DNA of 64,000 bases from an uncultured Ignavibacteria bacterium (GTDB lineage: Bacteria > Bacteroidota > Ignavibacteria > Ignavibacteriales > Melioribacteraceae). This document shows positions 37,953 to 46,768 of this stretch, piece after piece. Position 1 is the stretch's first letter. Every line of letters begins with the position of its first letter. The notes beneath the pieces were generated by a model that searched no databases, was not told where the DNA came from, and saw only the letters and a program-made list of their open reading frames with translations. A program made the translations under genes and the position numbers. The stretch covers positions 58,470 through 122,469 of the forward strand of contig CAVVVP010000001.1 of NCBI GenBank assembly GCA_963751695.1, given 5' to 3'.

Positions 37953-37984
37953 ATGTATTTGGATATTCTAATATCCAAATACAT
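37953..37984. terminator. bidirectional terminator hairpin
   Basis: Perfect 14-bp arms ATGTATTTGGATAT-tcta-ATATCCAAATACAT. The right arm encodes the last five codons (NVFGY*) of the DASS transporter gene. Confidence 0.6.
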
Positions 37985-39401
37985 TTGAGCCAACCGTGTA
38001 AGAAATAAAAATTACAATAAAAATAAACACAAAATTTAGAAGTATTCCTGCTCTACTCATATCTTTTATCTTTAATTCACCGCTGCTAAAAATTATTGCA
38101 TTTGGTGCGGTTGCAACAGGGAGCATAAATGCACAACTTGCAGCTATTGTAACAGGTATTACCAATTCTAGAGGATTGGAATTCATTCCAACTGCAACTG
38201 CTCCTATAACTGGAAGAAAAGCAGCTGTAGTAGCTATATTACTCGTGAGTTCCGTCAGGAATACTATCGCTGATGTTAATAAGAAGACCAAGAAAATAAC
38301 TGAAAACTCTCCGCTTTGGAGTATTGATAATGCAATCCAATCTGCCAATCCGCTTGTTTTAATACCGTTAGCAAGTGAAAGACCACCACCAAAAAGAATT
38401 AGAATTCCCCAAGCAATCTTTTGAACATCAGTCCAATTAATCAATGGTTTTCTATCTCCTGCTCTTATCAGAAATAATAGAAATGCTCCAAATATGGCGA
38501 TTCCCGAATCTGATATACCGGATAAGTATTTTGAGACAGGCATTCTAATCATCCATAAGAAGGCTGTTAAAATAAATACGTATAGTATTCTTTTTTCCTC
38601 AATAGTAATTTTGCCCAAATTCGAAATTTCATTTCTAAACACTATTTCATCTAGAGATTTAATTTTGTTTACTGGGAAAATAAACCTCGTCAGAAGAAAA
38701 AAAACAATTGGTAATGATACAATTACGAATGGTACTCCTATTAACATCCATTCAGCAAAGCTTATGTCAATACTATAAGTGTCATTCATAAAGGCAGCAA
38801 GGAGCACATTTGGAGGAGTTCCTATCAATGTACCCACCCCACCAATGCTGGATGAATATGCAATAGCTAACAGCAAAGCAATTGTGAAATTATTTACGTC
38901 TTTTTTATTTCCGCTACCCATCTCCTTATAAACAGAGATCACAAAAAGTCCAATAGGAAGCATCATTAGCGTTGTAGCAGTGTTGCTTATCCACATGCTA
39001 AGAAACGCACTACCGATCATAAATCCAGCAATAATATTATTAGGCTTAAATCCAATAAACTTTATTATTGAAAGAGCTATTCGTCTATGCAATCCCCACT
39101 TTTGAATTCCCTCTGCAAGAATAAAACCACCTAGAAAAAGAAATATTAATGGATGCGCATAAGGGGTAGTTGTTTCTTTGATAGCATTAATTTCTAAGAT
39201 TGGGAAAAAAATAATGGGCAAAAGAGCCGTCATATAAATCGGTAGAGCCTCTGTTATCCAAAATATAGCAAGTAGTAAAGCTACAGCAGAAGTTTTCCAA
39301 GCAATATCATTCATTGAGGATGGATTGTTGAGAAGCATTAGAATTAGAACTAAGGGACCAAAAAAAAGTCCAAACATTTGAAACTTCGAATTGTGCTTCA
39401 T
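37968..39401 (-). CDS. DASS/SLC13-family sodium-coupled anion symporter
   Basis: 477 aa, highly hydrophobic, with repeated SNTATT / SNIATTAAF hairpin motifs characteristic of DASS (CitT/SdcS-like) carriers. Confidence 0.8.
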   Translation of the reverse strand: MKHNSKFQMFGLFFGPLVLILMLLNNPSSMNDIAWKTSAVALLLAIFWITEALPIYMTALLPIIFFPILEINAIKETTTPYAHPLIFLFLGGFILAEGIQKWGLHRRIALSIIKFIGFKPNNIIAGFMIGSAFLSMWISNTATTLMMLPIGLFVISVYKEMGSGNKKDVNNFTIALLLAIAYSSSIGGVGTLIGTPPNVLLAAFMNDTYSIDISFAEWMLIGVPFVIVSLPIVFFLLTRFIFPVNKIKSLDEIVFRNEISNLGKITIEEKRILYVFILTAFLWMIRMPVSKYLSGISDSGIAIFGAFLLFLIRAGDRKPLINWTDVQKIAWGILILFGGGLSLANGIKTSGLADWIALSILQSGEFSVIFLVFLLTSAIVFLTELTSNIATTAAFLPVIGAVAVGMNSNPLELVIPVTIAASCAFMLPVATAPNAIIFSSGELKIKDMSRAGILLNFVFIFIVIFISYTVGSNVFGY

Positions 39402-39486
39402 GATTCAGAATATATAATGATCAGATTTATAAAAATAAAATGGATGTTTAATAAATGCTAACTATTTATTCCAATTCTTCCAATAG

Positions 39487-41097
39487 TTATTTGAATGTTT
39501 CTTGTTCAACAGTCTGATCATTATGTTCTACTTGAGAAATAAACTCTACATTTGGATTTTTTTCTTGGGCCCTTCCAAGCGAAAAGGAGGACTCGGCAAT
39601 AAAAACGATATTATTCGTTTTGTCTGTATAAACAGAATCGGATCTTAATCTAAATAACTCATCAGCATCGGTGGCATTTTCATACTTCAGCCAGAATGCC
39701 TTATATGCTGACATATGAATAAAATCACATGTGGCTCCAAATTCATTGAACAATCTGTATTTAATAACATCGAATTGAAGCTCCCCCACCACTCCAATAA
39801 CTTTTTTATTGGTATCTTTTTGAATAAAGAGCTGAGCTAATCCTTCGTCAGTTAATTGCATTAAACCTTTTTCAAGCTGCTTAGATTTAAATGGATCTTT
39901 GTTAACAACAATTCTAAAGATTTCAGGCGAAAACCTTGGAATACCTATGAACATAAAGGAATCACCCTCGGTAAGAGTGTCTCCAATTTTAAATATCCCA
40001 GAATCATATAAGCCTATAACATCTCCAGGGTAAGCTGATTCAACCAGCGATTTAGTCTGAGCTAAAAAGGATGCAGGATTTGGAAATTTAATTTGACGAT
40101 TTAACCGAACATGATGATAGAATTTGTTCCTCTCAAAATGACCTGAACATATTCTTACGAATGCCATTCTGTTCCTATGATTAGGGTCGATATTTGCATG
40201 CATCTTAAAGACAAATCCACTAAACTTTTCGTTTTCGGGTTTTATAATGCCTTGTGTGGTTTCACGAGAAGTTGGTGTTGGTGCAAAATCAACGAAGGTT
40301 TCTAGCAACTCCCTAATCCCAAAATTATTCAGAGCGCTACCAAAAAACACCGGTGCTTGTTTGCCTTCTAAGTACTTTCCCTGATTAAAGTCTTCATATA
40401 TTCCATTAACTAGCTCCACCTCTTCTTGAAGTGCATGTACATCTTCACCGAAAGTCTCTTCCAATTTGGGATCGTGAATACTCGTAAATTTTTGAGTATC
40501 CTCTTCAATTCGTTGCTTGTTCACTCCATAAAATTCAAATTCATTTTTATAAATATTGTAAACACCTCTAAAACTCATTCCCATACCAAAAGGATAAGTC
40601 AATGGTCTAACATGAATTGAAAGTTTCTCTTCAATTTCATCTAGCAATTCAATTGGACTTCTTCCCTCTCTATCCATTTTATTTATAAAAACGATTACGG
40701 GAGTATTTCTCAACCTACAGACTTTCATCAGTTTCTCAGTTTGTTCTTCAACACCCTTTACACTGTCAATTACTAATATCACACTGTCAACTGCAGTTAA
40801 TGTTCGATAAGTATCTTCAGCAAAATCTTTATGACCGGGAGTATCAAGCAAATTTATCTTGTGATCTTTATAACTGAATGAGAGAACAGATGAAGCAACA
40901 GAAATACCTCTTTGCTTTTCAATTTCTAGAAAATCTGAGGTAGCAGTTTTTTTTATCTTATTAGATTTTACAGCTCCTGCAATTTGGATCGCACCACTAA
41001 ATAGAAGCAGTTTCTCTGTTAATGTTGTTTTACCAGCATCAGGGTGACTGATTATAGCAAATGTTTTACGTTTTTTTATTTCTGATAATAGCCTCAT
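39487..41097 (-). CDS. prfC: peptide chain release factor 3
   Basis: [35 protein letters not shown] and [13 protein letters not shown], the RF3 GTPase pattern. 536 aa. Confidence 0.95.
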   Translation of the reverse strand: MRLLSEIKKRKTFAIISHPDAGKTTLTEKLLLFSGAIQIAGAVKSNKIKKTATSDFLEIEKQRGISVASSVLSFSYKDHKINLLDTPGHKDFAEDTYRTLTAVDSVILVIDSVKGVEEQTEKLMKVCRLRNTPVIVFINKMDREGRSPIELLDEIEEKLSIHVRPLTYPFGMGMSFRGVYNIYKNEFEFYGVNKQRIEEDTQKFTSIHDPKLEETFGEDVHALQEEVELVNGIYEDFNQGKYLEGKQAPVFFGSALNNFGIRELLETFVDFAPTPTSRETTQGIIKPENEKFSGFVFKMHANIDPNHRNRMAFVRICSGHFERNKFYHHVRLNRQIKFPNPASFLAQTKSLVESAYPGDVIGLYDSGIFKIGDTLTEGDSFMFIGIPRFSPEIFRIVVNKDPFKSKQLEKGLMQLTDEGLAQLFIQKDTNKKVIGVVGELQFDVIKYRLFNEFGATCDFIHMSAYKAFWLKYENATDADELFRLRSDSVYTDKTNNIVFIAESSFSLGRAQEKNPNVEFISQVEHNDQTVEQETFK

Positions 41098-41235
41098 GTA
41101 ATTACAACTTGTTAATATTGGAATAATCTCTGATGTAAGATCAGTTGCTAAATAGAGTGAAACTCACTTCCAGAAGAATTAAGGTGCAAATATACGAAAC
41201 TTGGATATTATGAAGGTGATTTTAAAATAAATATT

Positions 41236-41901
41236 CTATTTCGTCTCAGCAATAATCGTTACTGGCGAGCTATCTATATCTTTAATCATCCAAGGAATCA
41301 CGTCAACACTAAGAATTTTAGAGGAATTAATTTCAGACAGTTTCATATCCTCAATAATAAATATTTCTCCTTTCTCCGGATCTAAGAAATTTAGATGTGC
41401 CGTTATTCCCTCGTCTTTAAATTTCCATGAAGTTAAGGAGATGAAATCAAATCCCACAGCTCTCAATTTTGGAAAATTTACTCTTAGGAAATCTGCCATT
41501 TCGGGTGCCAGTCCTGGATTATCATCCCAGTATTTATCTTGAGTTCTATATTTTTCATAACCGGTCCTGATTATCAATAATTCAATATCTCTATTAACGT
41601 TTTTAGGAAATTGATAATGTGAAATCAAGTTTGCTTCACTGACTGGAATATCAAATACACATACTTTTTCGAATCTCCAAGTAGAAGGGTAATAAAATTC
41701 TACTCCCCTCTCACAATCAAAAAAGTGTTTCGGAAGATCAATATGTGTCCCAATATGATTATTTGATAAAGAAATTGAAAACATATTAACCCCTGCCCCT
41801 TTCGAAATTTGTGTTTTTGGCTCAATTTCTACAGTATCTTCATCACCAAAACTTGGTGTGTTTTTTGACAATAAATGATTTAGATATATATATTTACCCA
41901 T
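41236..41901 (-). CDS. cyclase-family protein (kynurenine formamidase / arylformamidase-like metal hydrolase)
   Basis: HIGTHIDLPKHF (HxGTHxDxPxH) motif, 221 aa. Confidence 0.7.
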   Translation of the reverse strand: MGKYIYLNHLLSKNTPSFGDEDTVEIEPKTQISKGAGVNMFSISLSNNHIGTHIDLPKHFFDCERGVEFYYPSTWRFEKVCVFDIPVSEANLISHYQFPKNVNRDIELLIIRTGYEKYRTQDKYWDDNPGLAPEMADFLRVNFPKLRAVGFDFISLTSWKFKDEGITAHLNFLDPEKGEIFIIEDMKLSEINSSKILSVDVIPWMIKDIDSSPVTIIAETK

Positions 41902-41932
41902 TTTTTATTCCTTTTAATCTTATAATTAGATT

Positions 41933-41972
41933 ATACAATTAATATGAAATTATAAATAAATACAATTAATAT
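41933..41972. promoter_or_regulatory. two perfect copies of a 13-bp direct repeat in a divergent promoter region
   Basis: ATACAATTAATAT at 41933..41945 and 41960..41972 (27 bp start to start). A TATAAT-tag-ATTATA palindrome at 41921..41935 overlaps the first copy. Confidence 0.4.
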
Positions 41973-41987
41973 TTTAATAGTGGAATT

Positions 41988-43022
41988 ATGAAAATAGCTA
42001 TTCATGAAAGAAATGGTTCTTCTAGTGACGGTTGGATCAAATACTGTGTATCAAATAAAATCCCGTATAAAATAGTCAATTGTTATGATAATGATATAGT
42101 AAAGCAATTATCTGATTGTGACGGACTTATGTGGCATTGGCAACATTATGATCCAAAAGCTCAGCTATTTGCAAGACAACTTACCTTTGCACTAGAGCAG
42201 AAAGGTTATAAAGTCTATCCTGATAGTAATACTTCTTGGCACTTTGACGACAAGATTGGACAAAAATATTTATTTGAAGCAGTTGGTGTAGAACATGTCA
42301 AAACGGATATTTTTTATTCAAAGAAAGAAGCTTTGAATTGGCTTCGAAACCAAAACTTTCCGAAAGTATTTAAACTTAGCAAAGGTGCCTCTGGATTAAA
42401 TGTTAAATTGGTTAAAAGTTATTCAAGTGCCAAAAAACTAGTGAAGAAGGCTTTTTCTTCCGGATTTCTCTACTCTAGTAGGTCAGCAAGAGTAAAAGAT
42501 GACCTTGTAACTTTTAAGAAAAATAAAAATGTTAAGAATTTTAAAAGACTAATAAAAGGTTTAATAAGAATTTTCTATCCAAAAGATTTCGAACGTTTCT
42601 TTGGCAAAGAAAAAGGATATATATATTTTCAAGACTTTATTCCAAAAAACAATTTTGACTCAAGGGTTGTTGTAATGAGAGATCGCTGCTATGCAGTAAG
42701 AAGATACAATCGTAAAAATGATTTCAGGGCATCAGGAAGTGGTGAATGGGCGTTTGGAAAGGAGTTGTTTGATATAAAACTAATAAAGCAAGCTTTTGAA
42801 ATCGCTAAAAAATTGAATTTGCAGTCAATAGCATTTGATTTTTTAAAAGATAATGACAGTTACAAAGTTGTAGAAATGAGCTATTGTTGGTCATATGGTG
42901 GTTCTGGTTTAGTCCCAGGATATTGGGACCCAGAACTTAATTGGCATGATGAGGAAGTTAACTCTCGTAATTTTATAATTGAAGATTTTATTCTTGAAAT
43001 AGAGAAAAATAAAACTATCTGA
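41988..43022 (+). CDS. ATP-grasp-fold protein, paralogue A (uncharacterised RimK-like ligase family)
   Basis: FPKVFKLSKGASGLNVKLVKS, YIYFQDFIPKNNFDSRVVVMRDRCYAVRRYNRKNDFRASGSG and IAFDFLKD..YKVVEMS follow the ATP-grasp layout (K-loop, large loop, Mg/ATP E-x-N-like end). Assigned by pattern. Confidence 0.6.
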   Translation: MKIAIHERNGSSSDGWIKYCVSNKIPYKIVNCYDNDIVKQLSDCDGLMWHWQHYDPKAQLFARQLTFALEQKGYKVYPDSNTSWHFDDKIGQKYLFEAVGVEHVKTDIFYSKKEALNWLRNQNFPKVFKLSKGASGLNVKLVKSYSSAKKLVKKAFSSGFLYSSRSARVKDDLVTFKKNKNVKNFKRLIKGLIRIFYPKDFERFFGKEKGYIYFQDFIPKNNFDSRVVVMRDRCYAVRRYNRKNDFRASGSGEWAFGKELFDIKLIKQAFEIAKKLNLQSIAFDFLKDNDSYKVVEMSYCWSYGGSGLVPGYWDPELNWHDEEVNSRNFIIEDFILEIEKNKTI

Positions 43023-43023
43023 A

Positions 43024-44049
43024 ATGAAAATCGCAATACATAAAAGGGAGGTATCTTACAGTGATGGATGGATAAAATACTGTGAGGATCAAGACATAAG
43101 CTATAAAATCGTTAATTGTTTTGATACCAATATTGTCGAAACTCTAAAAGATTGTGATGGGCTAATGTGGCATTGGCAACATCATGATCCCTTTGCAAGA
43201 CTTTTTGCTAGGCAATTGATTCGTTCTCTTGAAAAGATAAATTTTAAAGTATATCCAAGCAGTGCGACTGCTTGGCATTTTGATGATAAAATTGGTCAAA
43301 AGTATTTACTTGAAGCTAATTCTATTCCTTTTATACCCACTCATATATTCTATGATAAAAAAGAAGCCAGGACTTGGGCAAAATCAACCAATTTTCCAAA
43401 AGTATTCAAATTAAGTAAAGGAGCTTCTGCTCTAAATGTCAAACTCGTTCAAAATTACAGTCAAGCAAAAAAACTTATAAAAAGAGCATTTTCAAGAGGA
43501 TTTCTTTATTCGAGCAGAACCGCAAGGGTGAAAGACGATCTATTAAATTTGAAAAAAGAAAGAAATTTTCAAAAATTCTTAAGATTATTGAAAGGGATTG
43601 TGAGAGTTGTCTTTCCCAAAGATGTTGAAAAACTATTTCCTAAAGAGAAAGGATATATCTATTTTCAAGATTTTTTACCAAACAATGAATTTGATATAAG
43701 AGTGGAGGTTATTGGGAATAGATGCTCAGCAATGAGGCGATATAATAGAAAAGATGACTTTCGGGCGTCAGGGAGTGGCAGTTGGTCTTTCGATCCAGAA
43801 GCAATTAGCAAAGAAGTATTAGAAATTGCTTTCGAAACTGCAAAAAAATTAAATTTACAATCTGTTGCTTTTGATTTTATAAATGATAATGGAGAATATC
43901 TAATTATCGAAATGAGTTATTGCTGGCCCCTAACTGGATCCGAGTTGTATCCTGGATTTTGGGATAGAGATTTAAATTGGCATGAAAAACCTGTTACCTC
44001 AGATATTTTTATTATTGAAGATTTTATTGAAGAAATAAGTTCATCCTAA
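43024..44049 (+). CDS. ATP-grasp-fold protein, paralogue B (tandem duplicate of 41988..43022)
   Basis: Collinear with paralogue A over the full length, about two-thirds identical by eye (42 of the first 60 residues identical). Starts 1 nt after the stop of A. Confidence 0.6.
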   Translation: MKIAIHKREVSYSDGWIKYCEDQDISYKIVNCFDTNIVETLKDCDGLMWHWQHHDPFARLFARQLIRSLEKINFKVYPSSATAWHFDDKIGQKYLLEANSIPFIPTHIFYDKKEARTWAKSTNFPKVFKLSKGASALNVKLVQNYSQAKKLIKRAFSRGFLYSSRTARVKDDLLNLKKERNFQKFLRLLKGIVRVVFPKDVEKLFPKEKGYIYFQDFLPNNEFDIRVEVIGNRCSAMRRYNRKDDFRASGSGSWSFDPEAISKEVLEIAFETAKKLNLQSVAFDFINDNGEYLIIEMSYCWPLTGSELYPGFWDRDLNWHEKPVTSDIFIIEDFIEEISSS

Positions 44050-44256
44050 AAATAGTATTGGTTTTCTGAACCAGTTTGATCCATAAATGTCTTTCAAACT
44101 TTAAAAATAAAATTAGCTAGAATGAAAAGCCTAATCTCATACCTAAAATGATCATTTACAATTGATAGAAGTTCTATAAATTGGTACTTATTTTGTATAA
44201 TTTAATAGAATCTAATTACCAGACATTAAGTCACTTTTAAATTATGAAAGAGTAGA

Positions 44257-45285
44257 ATGGGAAAAACTAAAATAAATAGCAGACCCTATAATATTGATTT
44301 CGCGTCAAAGGTTAGATGGAGAATGAAGTATGATAGGAATCCGTTACTAAGCATTTTTCAAGATAAATATTCAGTTAAAAAATTCGCAAATTCAAAAGGA
44401 ATTAAAACCCCTAAATTAATATTTGCGACAGATAACCCAGGTTCAATTACATTCAAAAATCTTCCAGCAGATTGCTTCATTAAAGCAAATCATGGATGTG
44501 AATGGAATATTTTAAGAATTAAATCTAAGTTATATTTATTCAAAGATGGTTCTGATTTTGAAGATTTGGCTAATCCATTTTTTGATACAGACAAAATTGA
44601 AAAATATAGAATTTCTGAAGAAGAGTCTTTCGACCTATGCACTCAATGGCTTCAAACCAAATATCAATCTGAGGAGTGGGCCTATCAAAATATAGAACCG
44701 AGAATTTTAATTGAAGAAATTCAATTTCCGGAATATGGAAAAGATCTTTTAGATTATCGGTTATATACATTTAATGGAAAGGTAAAAGCTATTAGTATTG
44801 GATCTTTGAATTATAGGAGGACTAAAAAAAATGTTTTCTTTGATCCCGATTGGAATGAAATCGAATTATCAATTTATAAAGAAGATGTTCCAGTTCCATT
44901 ACCAGATAAACCAGAAAATTTGGATTCAATGATTTCAATTGCAGAAACTTTAGGAGAAAATGTTGATTTCGTTAGAATTGATCTATTTAATACTAATAAA
45001 GGAATCGCTCTTAGCGAAATGACCGTTTATCCTGAGGGAGGTGCACAATGTACACCAACACTCTGCCCTACCTTTAATAGATGGTTAGGAAGTCATTGGG
45101 AATTGTCTTTTAGTCCGACAATTCAAGCATTCCTATTCAATTTTTTTTATTCGACATCCATTAAATTTTTTGGAAGATATAAAGATTGGAGAGTCAATCC
45201 AACAAAGACTGAAATTCTAAAAAATTTAAAAGTGCAATCCAAAAAAGGGAGAAACTTAGTGATATCTGAAGAACTTTATTCCTAA
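44257..45285 (+). CDS. TupA-like ATP-grasp amidoligase family protein
   Basis: CFIKANHGCEWN, ILIEE, DYRLYTFNGKVKAISIG and VRIDLFNTNKGIALSEMTVYPEGG, the pattern I associate with the ATPgrasp_TupA family. Confidence 0.6.
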   Translation: MGKTKINSRPYNIDFASKVRWRMKYDRNPLLSIFQDKYSVKKFANSKGIKTPKLIFATDNPGSITFKNLPADCFIKANHGCEWNILRIKSKLYLFKDGSDFEDLANPFFDTDKIEKYRISEEESFDLCTQWLQTKYQSEEWAYQNIEPRILIEEIQFPEYGKDLLDYRLYTFNGKVKAISIGSLNYRRTKKNVFFDPDWNEIELSIYKEDVPVPLPDKPENLDSMISIAETLGENVDFVRIDLFNTNKGIALSEMTVYPEGGAQCTPTLCPTFNRWLGSHWELSFSPTIQAFLFNFFYSTSIKFFGRYKDWRVNPTKTEILKNLKVQSKKGRNLVISEELYS

Positions 45286-46043
45286 TTTGCTGTTACTCCA
45301 CCGTCGATCGAAATAACAGACCCAGTTAAAAAAGTACCCGATTCGAAAGCAAGGAAATAAACTAGTTCAGCAACCTCTTCTGGGGTTCCAAATCTTTTAA
45401 TAGGAAATCTCTCGGTTTCAGCAATTGTCGCAGCTTTTATATCTCCACCGAATTCTTCATGAGACCATCTTTCAATATTCTTCCTAGTAAGTAGCGTATC
45501 AATCGTACCGGGACAAATTGAATTAACATTTATATTGTATTCAGCAAGTTCTAATGATAAGCTTTTTGTTATCTGGGCAATAGCACCTTTACTCGCACCA
45601 TAGGCTAAATTATTTGGTTTCCCAATTATGCTTTGATCGGATCCCATTAAAACAATTGAGCCTTGTTTCTGTTTAATAATGTAAGGGATACAACTTTTAA
45701 TTGTAAATATCATCGATCTTAGATTTGTGTTTAAGACATTATCCCAATCTTCTTCAGTAATGCTAAATATTGAATTTGATTTATGTATTCCAGCATTTGC
45801 AAAAACACTATCTATTCTTCCGAATTTTTGCATGGTCTCTTTAGTCGCTTCTTCAAGTCTATGTGTATTATTTACATCACCTTCAATGAACAATATTTGA
45901 TCGGATGAATAATTCGAAGCTAACTTTTGGGATTCTACTGCATTGTAATCAAACAATGCTACTCTGATACCTTTCCTAATAAGTTTTTCAACCGATGCTT
46001 TTCCAATTCCAGTTGCACCTCCTGTCACAAAACAAACTTTCAT
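45282..46043 (-). CDS. SDR-family oxidoreductase (FabG-like)
   Basis: TGGATGIGKA, NAGI and YGASKGA catalytic motif, 253 aa. Confidence 0.85.
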   Translation of the reverse strand: MKVCFVTGGATGIGKASVEKLIRKGIRVALFDYNAVESQKLASNYSSDQILFIEGDVNNTHRLEEATKETMQKFGRIDSVFANAGIHKSNSIFSITEEDWDNVLNTNLRSMIFTIKSCIPYIIKQKQGSIVLMGSDQSIIGKPNNLAYGASKGAIAQITKSLSLELAEYNINVNSICPGTIDTLLTRKNIERWSHEEFGGDIKAATIAETERFPIKRFGTPEEVAELVYFLAFESGTFLTGSVISIDGGVTAN

Positions 46044-46081
46044 TTATTCTAATCCTTTTTTAAGTCTTATATTTTTTTAAT

Positions 46082-46549
46082 TTAAAAAATTATTTCATTT
46101 ATTCGGTACTCAGTCTGTTGCATTCCACCAGTTAATGCTGCAGAATGGATAGCATTATTAGATTTGTGCCGATAGCCTCTAATGCCTTTCACATTTGGTT
46201 GTGATTTAGCCCATTTCTTAGCATGTTCAAAAAGTGTTTTCCGAACACCCATTCTTCTGTAGTCAGGATGAGTATAAGTACCAGTGAGCCAAAGGATATA
46301 ACCATTTCTCCATTCTGACCATTCTTTACCATTTATCATAAAACATCCAATTACCTTTTCTCTATCACAAGCGACAAAAGTTATCCCCTTTGCATTATCC
46401 CTTAATACACTTTCAATGCCAATTTTCACTAATTTATCATCAATATTTTTGTTTTCTGTTTCCTTAGCGATGCTTATACTAAAACTAGCTAAAGCATCGA
46501 GATCTTTTAAGTCAGCAATCCTGACTGTCCAATTATTATTTGTTTTCAT
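46082..46549 (-). CDS. GNAT-family N-acetyltransferase
   Basis: 155 aa. ...YTHPDYRRMGVRKTLFEHAKKWA matches the GNAT motif A (R/Q-x-x-G-x-G/A). Confidence 0.7.
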   Translation of the reverse strand: MKTNNNWTVRIADLKDLDALASFSISIAKETENKNIDDKLVKIGIESVLRDNAKGITFVACDREKVIGCFMINGKEWSEWRNGYILWLTGTYTHPDYRRMGVRKTLFEHAKKWAKSQPNVKGIRGYRHKSNNAIHSAALTGGMQQTEYRINEIIF

Positions 46550-46768
46550 TTATTATCAGCCCAAGAATTGTATATATTAATTTAGATTTTAACTGTAATT
46601 CAAATATAACATTTCTTTATATTCATTTTCAGTGATGAAAAAATTATTTGAAATTCAAATTGACATTATTCTAATCGTCCTTTTTATTTAAAATATTGCG
46701 CCATTCAACATGAGAACTACCACTTTCAATATAGATGGATTAATCTCTGAAATAAAATTACTGCTTAT

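Noticed and set aside
39487-41097. Programmed +1 frameshift of a release-factor gene
   Set aside because: The gene is prfC (RF3, a GTPase) and is a single uninterrupted ORF. The known programmed frameshift belongs to prfB, which is not in this window.
44050-44256. 207-bp gap between ATP-grasp paralogue B and the TupA-like gene, examined for a hidden gene or precursor peptide
   Set aside because: It contains only trivial ORFs of up to 9 codons. The one supportable feature is a TGTATAAT extended -10-like element (44194..44201), suggesting a separate promoter.
41988-46549. Microviridin/graspetide-type RiPP cluster (two ATP-grasp ligases plus a GNAT, as in mdnB/mdnC/mdnD)
   Set aside because: The paralogues do not resemble MdnB/MdnC-type sequences as I recall them. 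The only small ORFs in the intergenic regions are 5-9 codons (e.g. MKSLISYLK*), without a leader/core layout or T/S/K/D/E-rich core. There is no ABC exporter. I keep it only as a remote alternative to the small-metabolite hypothesis.
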